Assembly: GCA_037445995.1 (NCBI GenBank)
Contig: JBBIJK010000003.1
Location: forward strand, 15,460 to 79,459
Source: Actinomycetota bacterium
Lineage (GTDB): Bacteria; Actinomycetota; Coriobacteriia; Anaerosomatales; D1FN1-002
Direction: 5' to 3'
Length of the DNA: 64,000 nt
The notes beneath the pieces were generated by a model. That model was not told where the DNA came from, did not search any database, and saw only the letters and a list, made by a program, of their open reading frames with translations. A program made the position numbers and the translations under genes. Below, one piece after another: positions 1-9,952 of the stretch; within the stretch, counting starts at the first letter, position 1, and each line of letters begins with the position of its first letter.

Positions 1-605
1 GCGGTGCATGGGGCAGCGGACCCGCCGGCGGGGATCGAAAGCATGTCGGCCACGGTGCCGTCGGCACCTAGCTCAATCGCCAGCACCCCGGGCTCGTCCG
101 AGGCCTCGAGCACGACGGCGCCGGCCCCGTCGCCGAACAGCACGCACGTCGTCCGGTCTGTGAAGTCGACGAACCTCGTCAATGTGTCGGCCCCGACGAC
201 GAGTATCGTCCTCGCGCGGCCGCTCTCGATCATGGCCGTGGCGGCCTGCAGCGCGTAGACGAAGCCGGTGCACGCGGCGTTGACGTCGTAAGCCGGGCAG
301 GTCAGCCCCAGCTTGGCCTGCGCGAGACAGGCCGCGGAGGGGAACAGCATGTCCGGGGTGGACGTCGCCACGATCAGCAGGTCGACGTCGTCGGGGGTGA
401 CACCCGCGTCGCCCAGGGCCGCCGCGCCGGCGGCCGCGGCCATATCCGAGGTGGCCTCCCCCTCCGCTACCCTGCGCCGCTCGCGGATTCCGGTCCGGGA
501 GAATATCCACTCGTCGGTGGTCTCGACCATGCCCTCAAGGTCCTCGTTCGCGAGGACGTCGGAGGGCAGGTAAGAGCCGACCCCGACTATGGTTGCTCGG
601 AACAC
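1..605 (-). CDS. fabH: 3-oxoacyl-ACP synthase III (FabH), N-terminal part only. The C-terminus lies beyond the left edge of the window.
   Basis: My own minus-strand translation from GTG at 605 reads VFRATIVGVGSYLPSDVLANEDLEGMVETTDEWIFSRTGIRERR... and continues to ...YDVNAACTGFVYAL, the active-site Cys context. GGAGG lies about 9 nt upstream. It is absent from the ORF track because the frame runs off the window. Confidence 0.85.
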   Translation of the reverse strand, partial: MFRATIVGVGSYLPSDVLANEDLEGMVETTDEWIFSRTGIRERRRVAEGEATSDMAAAAGAAALGDAGVTPDDVDLLIVATSTPDMLFPSAACLAQAKLGLTCPAYDVNAACTGFVYALQAATAMIESGRARTILVVGADTLTRFVDFTDRTTCVLFGDGAGAVVLEASDEPGVLAIELGADGTVADMLSIPAGGSAAPCT

Positions 606-699
606 GCCGATGTACCTCCACGCCGGCCGGGTGCATGGTTCGCGTAAGTCTACAGAATAGGGGACGCGACGCAAGCCCGCTCTGCCGTCGCGCGGCTGC

Positions 700-729
700 T
701 TGACACCTCTCGCGCCACCCGCGTACGCT
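700..729 (+). promoter_or_regulatory. Candidate sigma70-type promoter for mnmA
   Basis: TTGACA (700-705), 18 nt spacer, TACGCT (724-729), about 43 nt upstream of the mnmA ATG. Sequence pattern only. Confidence 0.3.
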
Positions 730-771
730 CCGCGCGCCCGCGACCCCCATTGCCGGACGGGAGGGGATCAC

Positions 772-1884
772 ATGGCTCGCGTCGCACTGGGCATGAGCGG
801 GGGCGTCGACTCGTCGGTCGCAGCCGTGACCCTCCTGGAGGCCGGCCACGACGTCGTGGGGGTGACGTTGCGGCTCGGCCTTGACGCGCTGCACGGACGC
901 TCATGCTGCGGCGAGGAGGAGGCGCTCCTCGCCAGGCATGTCTGCTCGCTACTTGGCATCCCGCACACGGTCGCGGACGTGTCGGAGCGCTTCGCGGCCG
1001 AGGTCGTCGCGCCCTTCGCCGACGCTTACGCGCGCGGCGAGACGCCGAACCCGTGCGTGACATGCAATGAGGTCCTCAAGTTCGCCAGCCTGCACGAGCG
1101 CGCGACGGCTCTCGGGTGCGAACACATCTCGACCGGGCACTACGCCCGCGTGGCGCGTATCTCCGATGGCGTCCTGACGGTGGCGCGGGCCCGAGACCCC
1201 GAGAAGGACCAGTCCTACTTCCTGTACCGCGTCCCGCCGCACGTCCTGGAACGCACCCTGTTCCCGTTGGGCGAGATGCTGAAGCCGGATGTCCGGGCCA
1301 AGGCGGAGGCGAACGGTCTGCCCACCGCCGGGCGGGCCGACAGCCAGGAGGTCTGCTTCACGGACGACCACGTCGCCCTCGTGACCCGGATGCGGCCCGA
1401 TGCCGGGATCCCGGGGCCGATCGTGTCGGTGACCGGCGAGGTGCTCGGTACGCACGTCGGCATCGCGGGGTTCACCGTAGGGCAGCGGCGAGGCCTCGGG
1501 ATCGGGGGCTCGGGGGAAGCGCTGCATGTCGTCGGGATCCGCGCAAAGGCCAACGAGGTCGTCGTCGGCGGACGCGAGGACCTCGCGATCACCGGCGTGC
1601 GCCTGCGCGACCACGTCTGGCGAAGCCGGCTACGCACCCTCAGAGCCGTCGCGCGGTGCCGGTACAGAGGGATGGACCACGCATGCGAGGCGACCCTGCA
1701 CGGCGATGGAGTGTCGGTCACGTTCGACGCGCCTGTCGAGCGCGTCGCCCCCGGGCAGTCCGTCGTGCTGTACCTCGATGGCACCGTGATCGCGGGCGGG
1801 ATCGCCGCCGCCGACCCCTCGCCGGGCGATCCTGGCTGGAGCAGCGATGGTCCGGCGTGCCGCGGGGTGAGTCAGTCAGGCTGA
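772..1884 (+). CDS. mnmA: tRNA 2-thiouridine(34) synthase MnmA
   Basis: N-terminal PP-loop MARVALGMSGGVDSSVAA and a CVTCN motif. The ATG at 772 (codon 25 of ORF 700..1884) is preceded by GGGAGGGG. Confidence 0.9.
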   Translation: MARVALGMSGGVDSSVAAVTLLEAGHDVVGVTLRLGLDALHGRSCCGEEEALLARHVCSLLGIPHTVADVSERFAAEVVAPFADAYARGETPNPCVTCNEVLKFASLHERATALGCEHISTGHYARVARISDGVLTVARARDPEKDQSYFLYRVPPHVLERTLFPLGEMLKPDVRAKAEANGLPTAGRADSQEVCFTDDHVALVTRMRPDAGIPGPIVSVTGEVLGTHVGIAGFTVGQRRGLGIGGSGEALHVVGIRAKANEVVVGGREDLAITGVRLRDHVWRSRLRTLRAVARCRYRGMDHACEATLHGDGVSVTFDAPVERVAPGQSVVLYLDGTVIAGGIAAADPSPGDPGWSSDGPACRGVSQSG

Positions 1885-2901
1885 CGGGAGGTCGTTCACC
1901 GACGCGCGGATCGCCTCGACCAGCCCGCCGCGCACCGCTCGCGCCGCCACCGCAAGACCCGCCGCGACAGCCTTGCCGCTGGAGCTGCCGTGGCCCTTGA
2001 TCAGGACGCCGTCGAGGCCGAGCAGGGGTGCGCCGCCTACCGCCTCGGGATCGAGATCCCGCTTAATGGCCGCGAAACGTGGGCGAAGCGCCGCCGCCGC
2101 GAGGCGAGCCAGCGGCGTTGCGGTGACCTCCTCGCGGATCCTCCCGAACAGGGCCGACGACAGGCCCTCCATGAGCTTGAGGACGACGTTGCCGGTGAAG
2201 CCGTCCGTGACGACGACGTCGGCCTCGCCGAACGCCACCGCACCGGCCTCGATATTGCCGGCGAACCCGGGCTGGTGTCGGCGGAGAAGCTCGTGGGCTT
2301 CGACGGCCAACTGGGAGCCCTTCGTCTCCTCCGACCCGATGTTGAGCAGCTTGACCTTCGGGGCCTCGACACCCGCAACCACGCGTGAGTAGGCCGCTCC
2401 CATCTGCGCGAACTGAAGCAGGTTCTCCGGCTTGCAGTCCGCGTTTGCGCCTGCGTCGAGAAGAACGAACGGCTCCCGCCTTGAGGGCATCACCGTGGCT
2501 ATGGCCGGCCTCGACACGCCCTCGATCCTCCCGATCACGAGAGTGCCCGCTGCCATGCACGCCCCGGTGTTGCCCGCCGAGAAGAAGCCGTCAGCCCTGC
2601 CCTCGCGCACAGCACGGCAGCCGACGACCATCGATGAATCACGCTTCGAACGGACGGCTTGCGCGGGATGCTCGCCCATCCCGATCACCTGGGACGCGTG
2701 GAGCGGCTCCACCCTGTCGTGAGCGGCTGCGAAGGGGTCCACGACTTCAGGCGGGCCCGAGAGGAGCACGTGAAGACCGGGGTCCGCGGCGAGCGCCGAG
2801 GCGACACCCTCGAGCACGGCACCGGGCGCGTGGTCCCCGCCCATCGCGTCGACCGCGATGGTCACGGGCGAGAGGCCGTCCACAGTCGGCAAGGCGGGCA
2901 C
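1876..2901 (-). CDS. plsX: Phosphate acyltransferase PlsX
   Basis: VTIAVDAMGGDHAP near the N-terminus. It is full length and lies directly downstream of rpmF, as in the conserved rpmF-plsX arrangement. Confidence 0.93.
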   Translation of the reverse strand: MPALPTVDGLSPVTIAVDAMGGDHAPGAVLEGVASALAADPGLHVLLSGPPEVVDPFAAAHDRVEPLHASQVIGMGEHPAQAVRSKRDSSMVVGCRAVREGRADGFFSAGNTGACMAAGTLVIGRIEGVSRPAIATVMPSRREPFVLLDAGANADCKPENLLQFAQMGAAYSRVVAGVEAPKVKLLNIGSEETKGSQLAVEAHELLRRHQPGFAGNIEAGAVAFGEADVVVTDGFTGNVVLKLMEGLSSALFGRIREEVTATPLARLAAAALRPRFAAIKRDLDPEAVGGAPLLGLDGVLIKGHGSSSGKAVAAGLAVAARAVRGGLVEAIRASVNDLPSA

Positions 2902-2913
2902 CGGGTCGGGGGG

Positions 2914-3090
2914 CTACTCGGTGTCCACGATCTCCTTGCCGTCGTAGTGACCGCACTCGGCGCAGACCCTGTGCGGGAGCTTCACCTGGTGGCACTGCGG
3001 GCAAAGCGAGCGCGCGGGCGCACCGACCTTGTGGTTCGCGCGGCGGGAGTCCCGGCTCGCTGCGGTGGTCTTCCTCTTCGGTACCGGCAT
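2914..3090 (-). CDS. rpmF: 50S ribosomal protein L32
   Basis: 58 aa, MPVPKRKTTAASRDSRR...CPQC...CAECG. The start is taken at the internal ATG of ORF 2914..3177. Confidence 0.93.
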   Translation of the reverse strand: MPVPKRKTTAASRDSRRANHKVGAPARSLCPQCHQVKLPHRVCAECGHYDGKEIVDTE

Positions 3091-3203
3091 GGTGAGCCTT
3101 CCGTCCGATCGGTCCTGTCGGGACCGCCATTCACCTTCTCTGCGCTCCAGCACGAGCGCGGTTGCGCATGATAGCACAGCCCGACCGCCGCGGTGTAGGC
3201 GGG

Positions 3204-3761
3204 TCAGTCGCTGCCGTTCCCGCCGTTTCCGCTACCGTTTCCGTCCTCGAGCAGTTCCCCGAGGGACGCGAACGGGTGATCGGGCGCCGGTTTCGAGCGG
3301 CACTCGCAGTCCACCTCGTTCAGGTCCGCGCCGCACTGAGGGCACAGCCCTTGGCAGGCGGGATCGTGGATGGCCGAGAAGGGCACCTCGATTGCGAGCG
3401 CCGCCTCGAGAAGCGGACCGACGTCGGCGATGTTCCCCTTCAGCAGCTGGTAGTCCTGCTCCTGGGGAAGGCCGTCCTCCTGGCCCGGCTGCACGAACAG
3501 GCCGTCGACCTCGCCTTCAAGCTCGAGGTCGAAGCCGCGAAGGCAACGCGAGCACTCGGCCGCGACGGTGGCGGTGACACGGCCGGACACCAATAGGCCC
3601 TCGCCGGCGTTCACGAGGCTCAGCTCGAAGACGGCCGGGGCCTCGAGCTCGAGGTCCGACCCTCCCACGGACAGGCAACGGAGGTCGAAGCGCCCGGTGA
3701 CCTCGAGCGACGCCCCGTGCTCGGACAGAACGCTGGAGACGTCGATACGGCGGTCGGGCAC
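3204..3761 (-). CDS. YceD/DUF177 family protein (large-subunit-associated, metal-binding)
   Basis: C-terminal Cys cluster CQGLCPQCGADLNEVDCEC. It occupies the conserved position immediately upstream of rpmF. Confidence 0.85.
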   Translation of the reverse strand: MPDRRIDVSSVLSEHGASLEVTGRFDLRCLSVGGSDLELEAPAVFELSLVNAGEGLLVSGRVTATVAAECSRCLRGFDLELEGEVDGLFVQPGQEDGLPQEQDYQLLKGNIADVGPLLEAALAIEVPFSAIHDPACQGLCPQCGADLNEVDCECRSKPAPDHPFASLGELLEDGNGSGNGGNGSD

Positions 3762-3779
3762 GACAGCGCTCCAGACGGC

Positions 3780-4238
3780 CTAAGGCCGCTGACCGACCTT
3801 GCCCTGCAGACGGTCCCGGCCGCGCTGCACGGCTGTCAGGAGCTTACCTAGGTTCACCTCGAGGTTGGCGAGCATCTCGTCGGCGTAATCCTCCGCCCCC
3901 AGCCTCACCTCGCGCTCCCGGGCCTTGGCGTCCTCGAGGATGTCAGCCGCCTGCTGTTCGGCCAGCTTGACGACCTCCTGTTCGGCGGCGATGGCGTGGG
4001 CGCGCTCGCGCGCCTCCTCCAGCACCCGGTTGGCCTCCTTCTCGGCCTCCTCGAGCATCTCCTGGCGCTCCTTGAGGACCCAACGGGCCTGCTTGATCTC
4101 GTCCGGGAACTGCGCCCGGATCTCATCGATGATCTCGAAGACCTTCTCAGGGTCGACCATCTTGGACGAGGAGAACGGGACGGTGCGTCCGCCGTCCACG
4201 ATCTCCTCGATGCGGTCGATGAGCGCCATGATGTCCAT
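3780..4238 (-). CDS. Coiled-coil protein of unknown function (charged E/A/R-rich helix)
   Basis: 152-aa ORF with high GC3, lying between coaD and yceD-like. There is a long heptad-like EEAEKEANRVLEEARERAHAIAAEQE stretch and no catalytic motif that I recognise. Confidence 0.6.
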   Translation of the reverse strand: MDIMALIDRIEEIVDGGRTVPFSSSKMVDPEKVFEIIDEIRAQFPDEIKQARWVLKERQEMLEEAEKEANRVLEEARERAHAIAAEQEVVKLAEQQAADILEDAKAREREVRLGAEDYADEMLANLEVNLGKLLTAVQRGRDRLQGKVGQRP

Positions 4239-4255
4239 CCGTCAGACCTCCGTGT

Positions 4256-4744
4256 TCAGGCGTGTCCAAGCCGTTGGGACAAGGCGTCCGCCACGGCATC
4301 AGGGACAAGGCCCCTTACGCTGCCGCCGTGCGCCGCGATCTCCTTGACCGCCGAAGAGCTCAGGTACATGTAGTCCGGCACCGCCATTATGAAGACGGTC
4401 TCCACCCTCTTGTCGAGCTGATAGTTCAGTTGCGCCATCTGGAACTCCCGCTCGAAGTCGGTGATCGCTCGGAGCCCCTTGATGATCACGGTCGCTCCGA
4501 CCTCGTGCGCGAGCTCGACCAAGAGGGTATCAAAAGGCTGCACGGAAACGTTAGGGAGATGCGAGCACGCGTCCCGGATGAAGCCGACGCGCTCGTCGGT
4601 CGTGAACAGCGGGCCGCCGCCCTTGTCGGGGCTGAGCGCCACGGCCACGACGACCTCGTCCACCATCGAGGCCGCTCGCTCGATGACGTCGAGATGCCCG
4701 GCCGTCACCGGATCGAACGTCCCTGGGCAGATCGCCCGCCTCAT
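4256..4744 (-). CDS. coaD: Phosphopantetheine adenylyltransferase
   Basis: MRRAICPGTFDPVTAGHLDVIERA (nucleotidyltransferase HxGH-type motif). The start at codon 30 of ORF 4256..4831 overlaps the rsmD stop as ATGA. Confidence 0.92.
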   Translation of the reverse strand: MRRAICPGTFDPVTAGHLDVIERAASMVDEVVVAVALSPDKGGGPLFTTDERVGFIRDACSHLPNVSVQPFDTLLVELAHEVGATVIIKGLRAITDFEREFQMAQLNYQLDKRVETVFIMAVPDYMYLSSSAVKEIAAHGGSVRGLVPDAVADALSQRLGHA

Positions 4745-5322
4745 CGATGCGCCCCTCCGCAAAACGTCGCCATGTGAACCGCGGTCGAACCGTAGGACCT
4801 GCTGGGCATCGGGTCGTACCCGTCCGGCCACTCGACCGCGGTGGCGGCGTCACTCTCCCACACCGCCAACGCGCCGGACCCCACGGCCCCGTACCCGGCC
4901 AAGTCCGCGAGGAGCGATGTCACCGCAGCCGGGTCTATCCTATAGGGAGGGTCGAGCAAGAGCAACGCGAACGGCGACCCCGGGATGGCGCCCTCGCGAG
5001 CCATCCGGAACGCGTCACCCACCGCTACGGTGCAGAGCGGGCCAGCATCGCACCGCTCGATGTTGTCCCGCAGCGCGTCGAGTGCCCGGCGTGACGTCTC
5101 GACGAAGGTCGCGGCGGCAAACCCGCGCGACAGGGCCTCAAGCCCAAGGGCGCCGGTGCCGGCGAAGGCGTCCAGGACCACGCCGTCGCGCAGCCGCTCG
5201 CCTCCGGAGGCGTCCACCCGCGAGAAGACAGCTTCCCGAACCCGGTCGGACGTGGGGCGCGTGACGGTGCCCTTCGGAGCACTCAGCCTGCGGCCCCGCC
5301 ATTCGCCGGCGACGATCCTCAT
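4741..5322 (-). CDS. rsmD: 16S rRNA (guanine966-N2)-methyltransferase RsmD
   Basis: MRIVAGEWRGRRL, the SAM motif LDAFAGTGALGLEALSRG, and DPPY. The start overlaps the recG stop (ATGA). Confidence 0.88.
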   Translation of the reverse strand: MRIVAGEWRGRRLSAPKGTVTRPTSDRVREAVFSRVDASGGERLRDGVVLDAFAGTGALGLEALSRGFAAATFVETSRRALDALRDNIERCDAGPLCTVAVGDAFRMAREGAIPGSPFALLLLDPPYRIDPAAVTSLLADLAGYGAVGSGALAVWESDAATAVEWPDGYDPMPSRSYGSTAVHMATFCGGAHR

Positions 5323-7415
5323 CCGGCGTTCACCTTGTCCCACGCCTTCCCGAACGCTCTTCTGACTGACTCAGCCAGCGGAGCATGAACCGGCGAGGTC
5401 ATTCCCGGGTCGGCGTCGACGATCGCGTCGCTGTCGGCACGGGCCTGCTCCAGCAGTTCGGCGTCGCCCGCGATGCTGGCGAGCCGCATCTGCGGAAGAC
5501 CATGTTGCCGCTCGCCCAGGACCTGACCCTCGCCACGCAACCTCAGGTCGAGCTCCGCGAGCATGAAACCGTCGTGCGTCGAGGCCACCGCCTCCAGCCT
5601 GGCTGTGGCCTCTGCGGTGCCCGAGCCGAAGAACAGCAGGAACTCGCCCGGATGCTCGCCCCTCCCGACCCTTCCCCTGAGCTGGTGCAGCTGCGCCAGG
5701 CCGAAGCGCTCGGCATCCTCCACGATCATCACCGTGGCGTTGGGCACATCAACACCCACCTCCACCACCGTCGTCGAGACCAGGATGTCGATCTCGCCCT
5801 TCGCGAAGCGTTCCATCACCTCCCCCTTCTCCGCAGGCCTCATGCGGCCGGTGAGGAGGCCTACCCGGTGCCCGGAGAACACCCTCGTCGCGAGACGTTG
5901 GGCTTCCGCCGTCGCCGCTCGGGCGTCGATGTGCCCCGATTCGTCCACCAACGCGCAGACGACGTACGCCTGACGGCCCTTCTTCACGGCGGCGGCTACC
6001 CGGCGGTATGCGGCGTCTCGACCCTTCCGGGGAACCATGCGCGTGACGACGCGCTCCGGTCCCGAGGCGCCGGTCGGCCGCTCGCGGAGGTACGAGGCGT
6101 CAAGGTCGCCGTACGCGGTGAGCGCCAGGCTCCTCGGAATCGGTGTCGCCGTCATGACGAGGAGGTCCGCGAAGCGACCTTTGGCGCGCAATCCCAGCCG
6201 CTGGTTGACCCCGAACCGGTGCTGCTCGTCGACGACGGCGACACTGAGGTCCGCGAAGCGCACGCCCTTCTCCAGGAGGGCATGCGTGCCGAAGGCCACC
6301 TGTGTAACCCCGCTCTCCAGCTCCTCGAGAAGCCCCTTTCGCTCGGCGCCGGTCGTCGAGCCGGTCAGGGTGCCCCACCTCATCCCGGCCGCCTCCAGCA
6401 CCGGGCCCAGCCGCCTCTCGTACTGCCTTGCGAGCACCTCGGTGGGGGCCAGCATCGCGGCCTGTCGGCCGCTGTCGACGGCGGCCGCCAGCGCGAAGGC
6501 CGCGACCGCGGTCTTGCCGGTCCCGACGTCGCCAAGGAGCATCCGGTTCATCGGCCGCTCGTCGGCCATGTCGCGCAGGATCTCGGCGAGGGCCGTCTCC
6601 TGCTCGGCGGAGAGAGCGAACGGGAGCGCCTCCCTCAAGGCCCTGGCATGCGGACCATCGATCACATGCGAGACACCGGTCACGCCCTCGGTCACCGACC
6701 TGCGCCGCGTCAGCATCCCGAGACGCACCGTCAGCAGCTCCTCGTACGCCAACCTCTGTCGGGCCCCGGCCAGCTCTCCCATCGACGCGGGGAAGTGTAT
6801 GGCGCGCAACGCGGCCGACAGGGGCATCAGACCCCGCTCGACCCTCAGGGCGGCTGGCAACGGGTCCGGGACGTCACCGAACCCGTCGAGCGCCTCCCTC
6901 ACCAGACGGCGCATCCAGTTGGCGCTCAGTCCGGCGGTCGCCGGATGCACCGGGAGGATGCGGCCCAGCGCCTGCGGCGAGCCCGAATCCCCAAGGCGCT
7001 CGACGAAGGGGCTTTTCATCTGCCTGATCCCGTACTCCAGCGAAACCCGTCCCGCGAGAGCGTACTGGTCTCCGGCTCGGAAGATCTGCTCTATGTGCGG
7101 CTGGTTGAACCAGACCCCCAGAAGAGTGCCCGTCCCGTCGATGATGGCGACCTCGGTGATGGTCAGCCGCGGTCGCGGTCTCTTGGTCTTGACCTCGAAC
7201 ACGGTTCCCACGGCTGTCGACTCGTCGCCTTGGCGAAGCCCCGCGATCGGAGTGATGGAGCTCAGATCCAGGTATCGGAACGGATAGTGGCGAAGGAGGT
7301 CCTCAACCGTCTCGACACCGATACGCCCCAGCGCGGCCGCACGCGCCGAATCGACGAGTCGCACCGATGTGACGGGGTCACCCCAGCCTGAGAGCGCGGT
7401 GTATCGATCGGTCAC
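5319..7415 (-). CDS. recG: ATP-dependent DNA helicase RecG
   Basis: 698 aa, helicase motifs GDVGTGKT and DEQHRFG, with an N-terminal wedge-type region. Confidence 0.93.
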   Translation of the reverse strand: MTDRYTALSGWGDPVTSVRLVDSARAAALGRIGVETVEDLLRHYPFRYLDLSSITPIAGLRQGDESTAVGTVFEVKTKRPRPRLTITEVAIIDGTGTLLGVWFNQPHIEQIFRAGDQYALAGRVSLEYGIRQMKSPFVERLGDSGSPQALGRILPVHPATAGLSANWMRRLVREALDGFGDVPDPLPAALRVERGLMPLSAALRAIHFPASMGELAGARQRLAYEELLTVRLGMLTRRRSVTEGVTGVSHVIDGPHARALREALPFALSAEQETALAEILRDMADERPMNRMLLGDVGTGKTAVAAFALAAAVDSGRQAAMLAPTEVLARQYERRLGPVLEAAGMRWGTLTGSTTGAERKGLLEELESGVTQVAFGTHALLEKGVRFADLSVAVVDEQHRFGVNQRLGLRAKGRFADLLVMTATPIPRSLALTAYGDLDASYLRERPTGASGPERVVTRMVPRKGRDAAYRRVAAAVKKGRQAYVVCALVDESGHIDARAATAEAQRLATRVFSGHRVGLLTGRMRPAEKGEVMERFAKGEIDILVSTTVVEVGVDVPNATVMIVEDAERFGLAQLHQLRGRVGRGEHPGEFLLFFGSGTAEATARLEAVASTHDGFMLAELDLRLRGEGQVLGERQHGLPQMRLASIAGDAELLEQARADSDAIVDADPGMTSPVHAPLAESVRRAFGKAWDKVNAG

Positions 7416-7438
7416 GGCGGTCCTGCGATGTCTGACCC

Positions 7439-8290
7439 TCAGCCGACGGGGTAGTACGCGACCCCTGCGGCTCGCGGGCCGCCATACGTCCCGATGACCG
7501 ACCCGACCAGCCCGACAGAGTCGAGCTCGTAGTCGGCTCCTGAGGCGTCTAGGGCGGCCCGCAAGTCCTCGGCCACCTCCGGAGATGCCGCATGCAGGAT
7601 CGCGAGCCTCACGCGGCCGGCGGCGCTGTCGTCGGCCACCTTCACGGCCAACTCATGGAAGGCGCGCTTGCGGCCCTTGGCCTTCTTGAAGGGCTCGATG
7701 GTGCCCTCGGCGTTGAAGGTCAGCACGGGCTTGATGTCCAGCAGCGACGCAGCCAGGCCCTGAGCCTTGCCTGCGCGCCCGCCTTTGACCAGGTAGTCGA
7801 GTGTGTCCAACACGAAGTAGAACCTCGTGGACGCAGCTACTTCCTCGGCGCGGCGAGCCACCGCCGCGGCGTCGAGCCCGGCGTCGCGGGCGGCGACCGC
7901 CGCCTTGACCACGAGGGCGGTGGCCTGGGTCACAAGCTTGGTGTCGACCACGTGAACGGGTACCGGCGAGGTCTCCGCGGCGATGGTCGCGGACTGGAAC
8001 GTGCCCGAAAGGGCCGAGGTCAGATGAATCGAGACGATCGCCTCGGCGCCGTCGGCCGCGAGCGCCTCGTACACGGCCGAGAACTCGGCTGGCGAGGGCT
8101 GAGAGGTCTTGGGCAAGACCGGCGAGCCAACGAGCCGCGCGTAGAAGTCCTGCGGCGCCATCTCGCGCCAGTCCAGTACGGTCTCCTCGCCGAACAAGAC
8201 CTTCAGCGGGACCATGACGACGTCGTTGGCGTCGTACCAGTCCAGCGACAGGTCTGCGGTGCTGTCACAAACGATCGCTACCTTGCTCAT
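7439..8290 (-). CDS. DegV family fatty-acid-binding protein (FakB-like)
   Basis: MSKVAIVCDSTADL N-terminus typical of DegV. It lies downstream of the DAK2-domain gene. Confidence 0.88.
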   Translation of the reverse strand: MSKVAIVCDSTADLSLDWYDANDVVMVPLKVLFGEETVLDWREMAPQDFYARLVGSPVLPKTSQPSPAEFSAVYEALAADGAEAIVSIHLTSALSGTFQSATIAAETSPVPVHVVDTKLVTQATALVVKAAVAARDAGLDAAAVARRAEEVAASTRFYFVLDTLDYLVKGGRAGKAQGLAASLLDIKPVLTFNAEGTIEPFKKAKGRKRAFHELAVKVADDSAAGRVRLAILHAASPEVAEDLRAALDASGADYELDSVGLVGSVIGTYGGPRAAGVAYYPVG

Positions 8291-8316
8291 CCCTTGTGCT
8301 CCCCTCAGAAGCCCCG

Positions 8317-9930
8317 TTACTCAGCGGACAGAAGAAGTGGATACAGCGGCTGCTCACCGCGGCCGGTCTCCACCTCGAGGTCGCCGCGCGCCTCCCTGAC
8401 GCGCTCAGCGATCTCCTCCAGCGTTTCATCGACCATCTCGGCGCCGGCCAGCAGGGTCAGTGTCTCTGCGCCGCCGTCGGCGACGATGAGCGCGAGACTG
8501 ACAGCCACTTCGACCAAGTCGTCCCCCACCACCTCGATCTCCCGGTCGGAGATGCCTATCACCTGCCCCTCACGGATCGGCCCGGCCTTGCCCGAGGCGT
8601 CCTTGACGGCGGTCGTCACCTCGCCGGTCCTCACACGTGAGGCGGCTTCCTGCATCGACCGGGCGATCTCCTCGAGATCCCCTTCGGAGTCGAACTCCAG
8701 CATCGCCGCGAACGACTGGGGGACCGAGGTCGTCGGCACGACGGCCACCCGCTTGTCGCATACGCTGTCGACCTGCTGAGCTGCCATGATGATGTTGCGG
8801 TTGTTGGGGAGGATGACGACGGCGTCCGCATCCACCTTCGAGCACGCTTCCACCAGCTCCTTGGTAGATGGGTTCATCGTCTGGCCGCCGCTCACCACGA
8901 CGTCCACGCCCAGACTCTCCAGGATCGCGCGGAGGCCCTCCCCTGCGGCGACGGCGACCACGCCGATGGGCTTGGCCGCCGGACGCTCGGCCTGGATGCC
9001 GGCGGTCCGCTCGGCTGTCTGCCGCCGCATGTTGTTGACGTGCACCTCCGAGACCTCACCCAAGCATGTCGCGAACTCCAAGACCGCTCCGGGCTGATCG
9101 GTGTGGACGTGTACCTTGAGCAGGTCTCCCGACCCGACGACGAGCTCCGATCCTCCCCTTGCCGCGACGGCCTCGTGGACGGCGTCGCGGTCGAGCGACT
9201 CTCCATGTATGAGGAATTCCGCGCAGTACAGGTACTCCTCGTCGTCCCAGTCATCGACGACCTCGACCGTCATGGACGAGGTGTCCACGGCGAGGGAGTC
9301 GGCTCGGTGCATGGACTCCCCCTCGAGGGAGGCCACGAGCCCCTCGACAAGGATCGCCAGCCCGTAGCCGCCGGCATCCACGACCCCGTTCTCCTTGAGG
9401 ACCGGAAGCAGGTCGGGGCCTCGGCGAACCGAGTCGTACGCGGCGTCCGCGACGCGCTCGAGCGCCGCGTCAAGAGCCAGCCCGAGGTCGAGGGCGACCT
9501 TGGCGGCCCCGGCACAGTCCTTCACAACCGTGAGCATCGTGCCCTCCACGGGCTTTCGCACAGCCTGGTACGCCACCGACTGAGCGTTCGCGAGCGCCGC
9601 GGCCAGAGCGGCGGTGTCGATCGCGTCCCCCTTGCCGAGCGTGTCACACATGCCTCGCAAGACCTGACTCAGGATCACGCCGGAGTTGCCGCGAGCCCCC
9701 ATGAGGGATCCGTGGGCGATCGCGCCGCACACCTCCCGCAGTCCCGCGTTAGCGGCCAGACCATCGAGCTCCGAGAGCAGCGCGTCCATCGTCAGCGACA
9801 TGTTGGTCCCCGTGTCCCCGTCGGGCACCGGGAAGACGTTGAGGCGGTCGACCTCGGCGACGCGCTCCTTGAGAGCCGACGCAGCGGCCCCGGCGAATTG
9901 CCTGGCTCGAGCGCCCGTGTCGCCGGTCAT
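8317..9930 (-). CDS. DAK2-domain protein YloV/FakA-like (putative fatty acid kinase subunit)
   Basis: N-terminal Dak2 motif FPVPDGDTGTNM. It is 537 aa with the asp23-yloV-degV gene order. Confidence 0.88.
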   Translation of the reverse strand: MTGDTGARARQFAGAAASALKERVAEVDRLNVFPVPDGDTGTNMSLTMDALLSELDGLAANAGLREVCGAIAHGSLMGARGNSGVILSQVLRGMCDTLGKGDAIDTAALAAALANAQSVAYQAVRKPVEGTMLTVVKDCAGAAKVALDLGLALDAALERVADAAYDSVRRGPDLLPVLKENGVVDAGGYGLAILVEGLVASLEGESMHRADSLAVDTSSMTVEVVDDWDDEEYLYCAEFLIHGESLDRDAVHEAVAARGGSELVVGSGDLLKVHVHTDQPGAVLEFATCLGEVSEVHVNNMRRQTAERTAGIQAERPAAKPIGVVAVAAGEGLRAILESLGVDVVVSGGQTMNPSTKELVEACSKVDADAVVILPNNRNIIMAAQQVDSVCDKRVAVVPTTSVPQSFAAMLEFDSEGDLEEIARSMQEAASRVRTGEVTTAVKDASGKAGPIREGQVIGISDREIEVVGDDLVEVAVSLALIVADGGAETLTLLAGAEMVDETLEEIAERVREARGDLEVETGRGEQPLYPLLLSAE

Positions 9931-9952
9931 CGCACGCCCCCAGCGGCTTGCG

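Noticed and set aside
5385-7391. 668-aa + strand ORF antisense to recG. Similar long shadow ORFs occur elsewhere, for example 24339..25898 + over ileS/divIVA, 22072..22998 - and 21801..23045 + over ileS, and 53565..54932 + over pyrG.
   Set aside because: They lie exactly over strongly conserved genes in another frame or strand. Their products are Arg/Pro/Gly/His-rich low-complexity sequences with no motifs. Stop-codon scarcity in very GC-rich DNA explains them.
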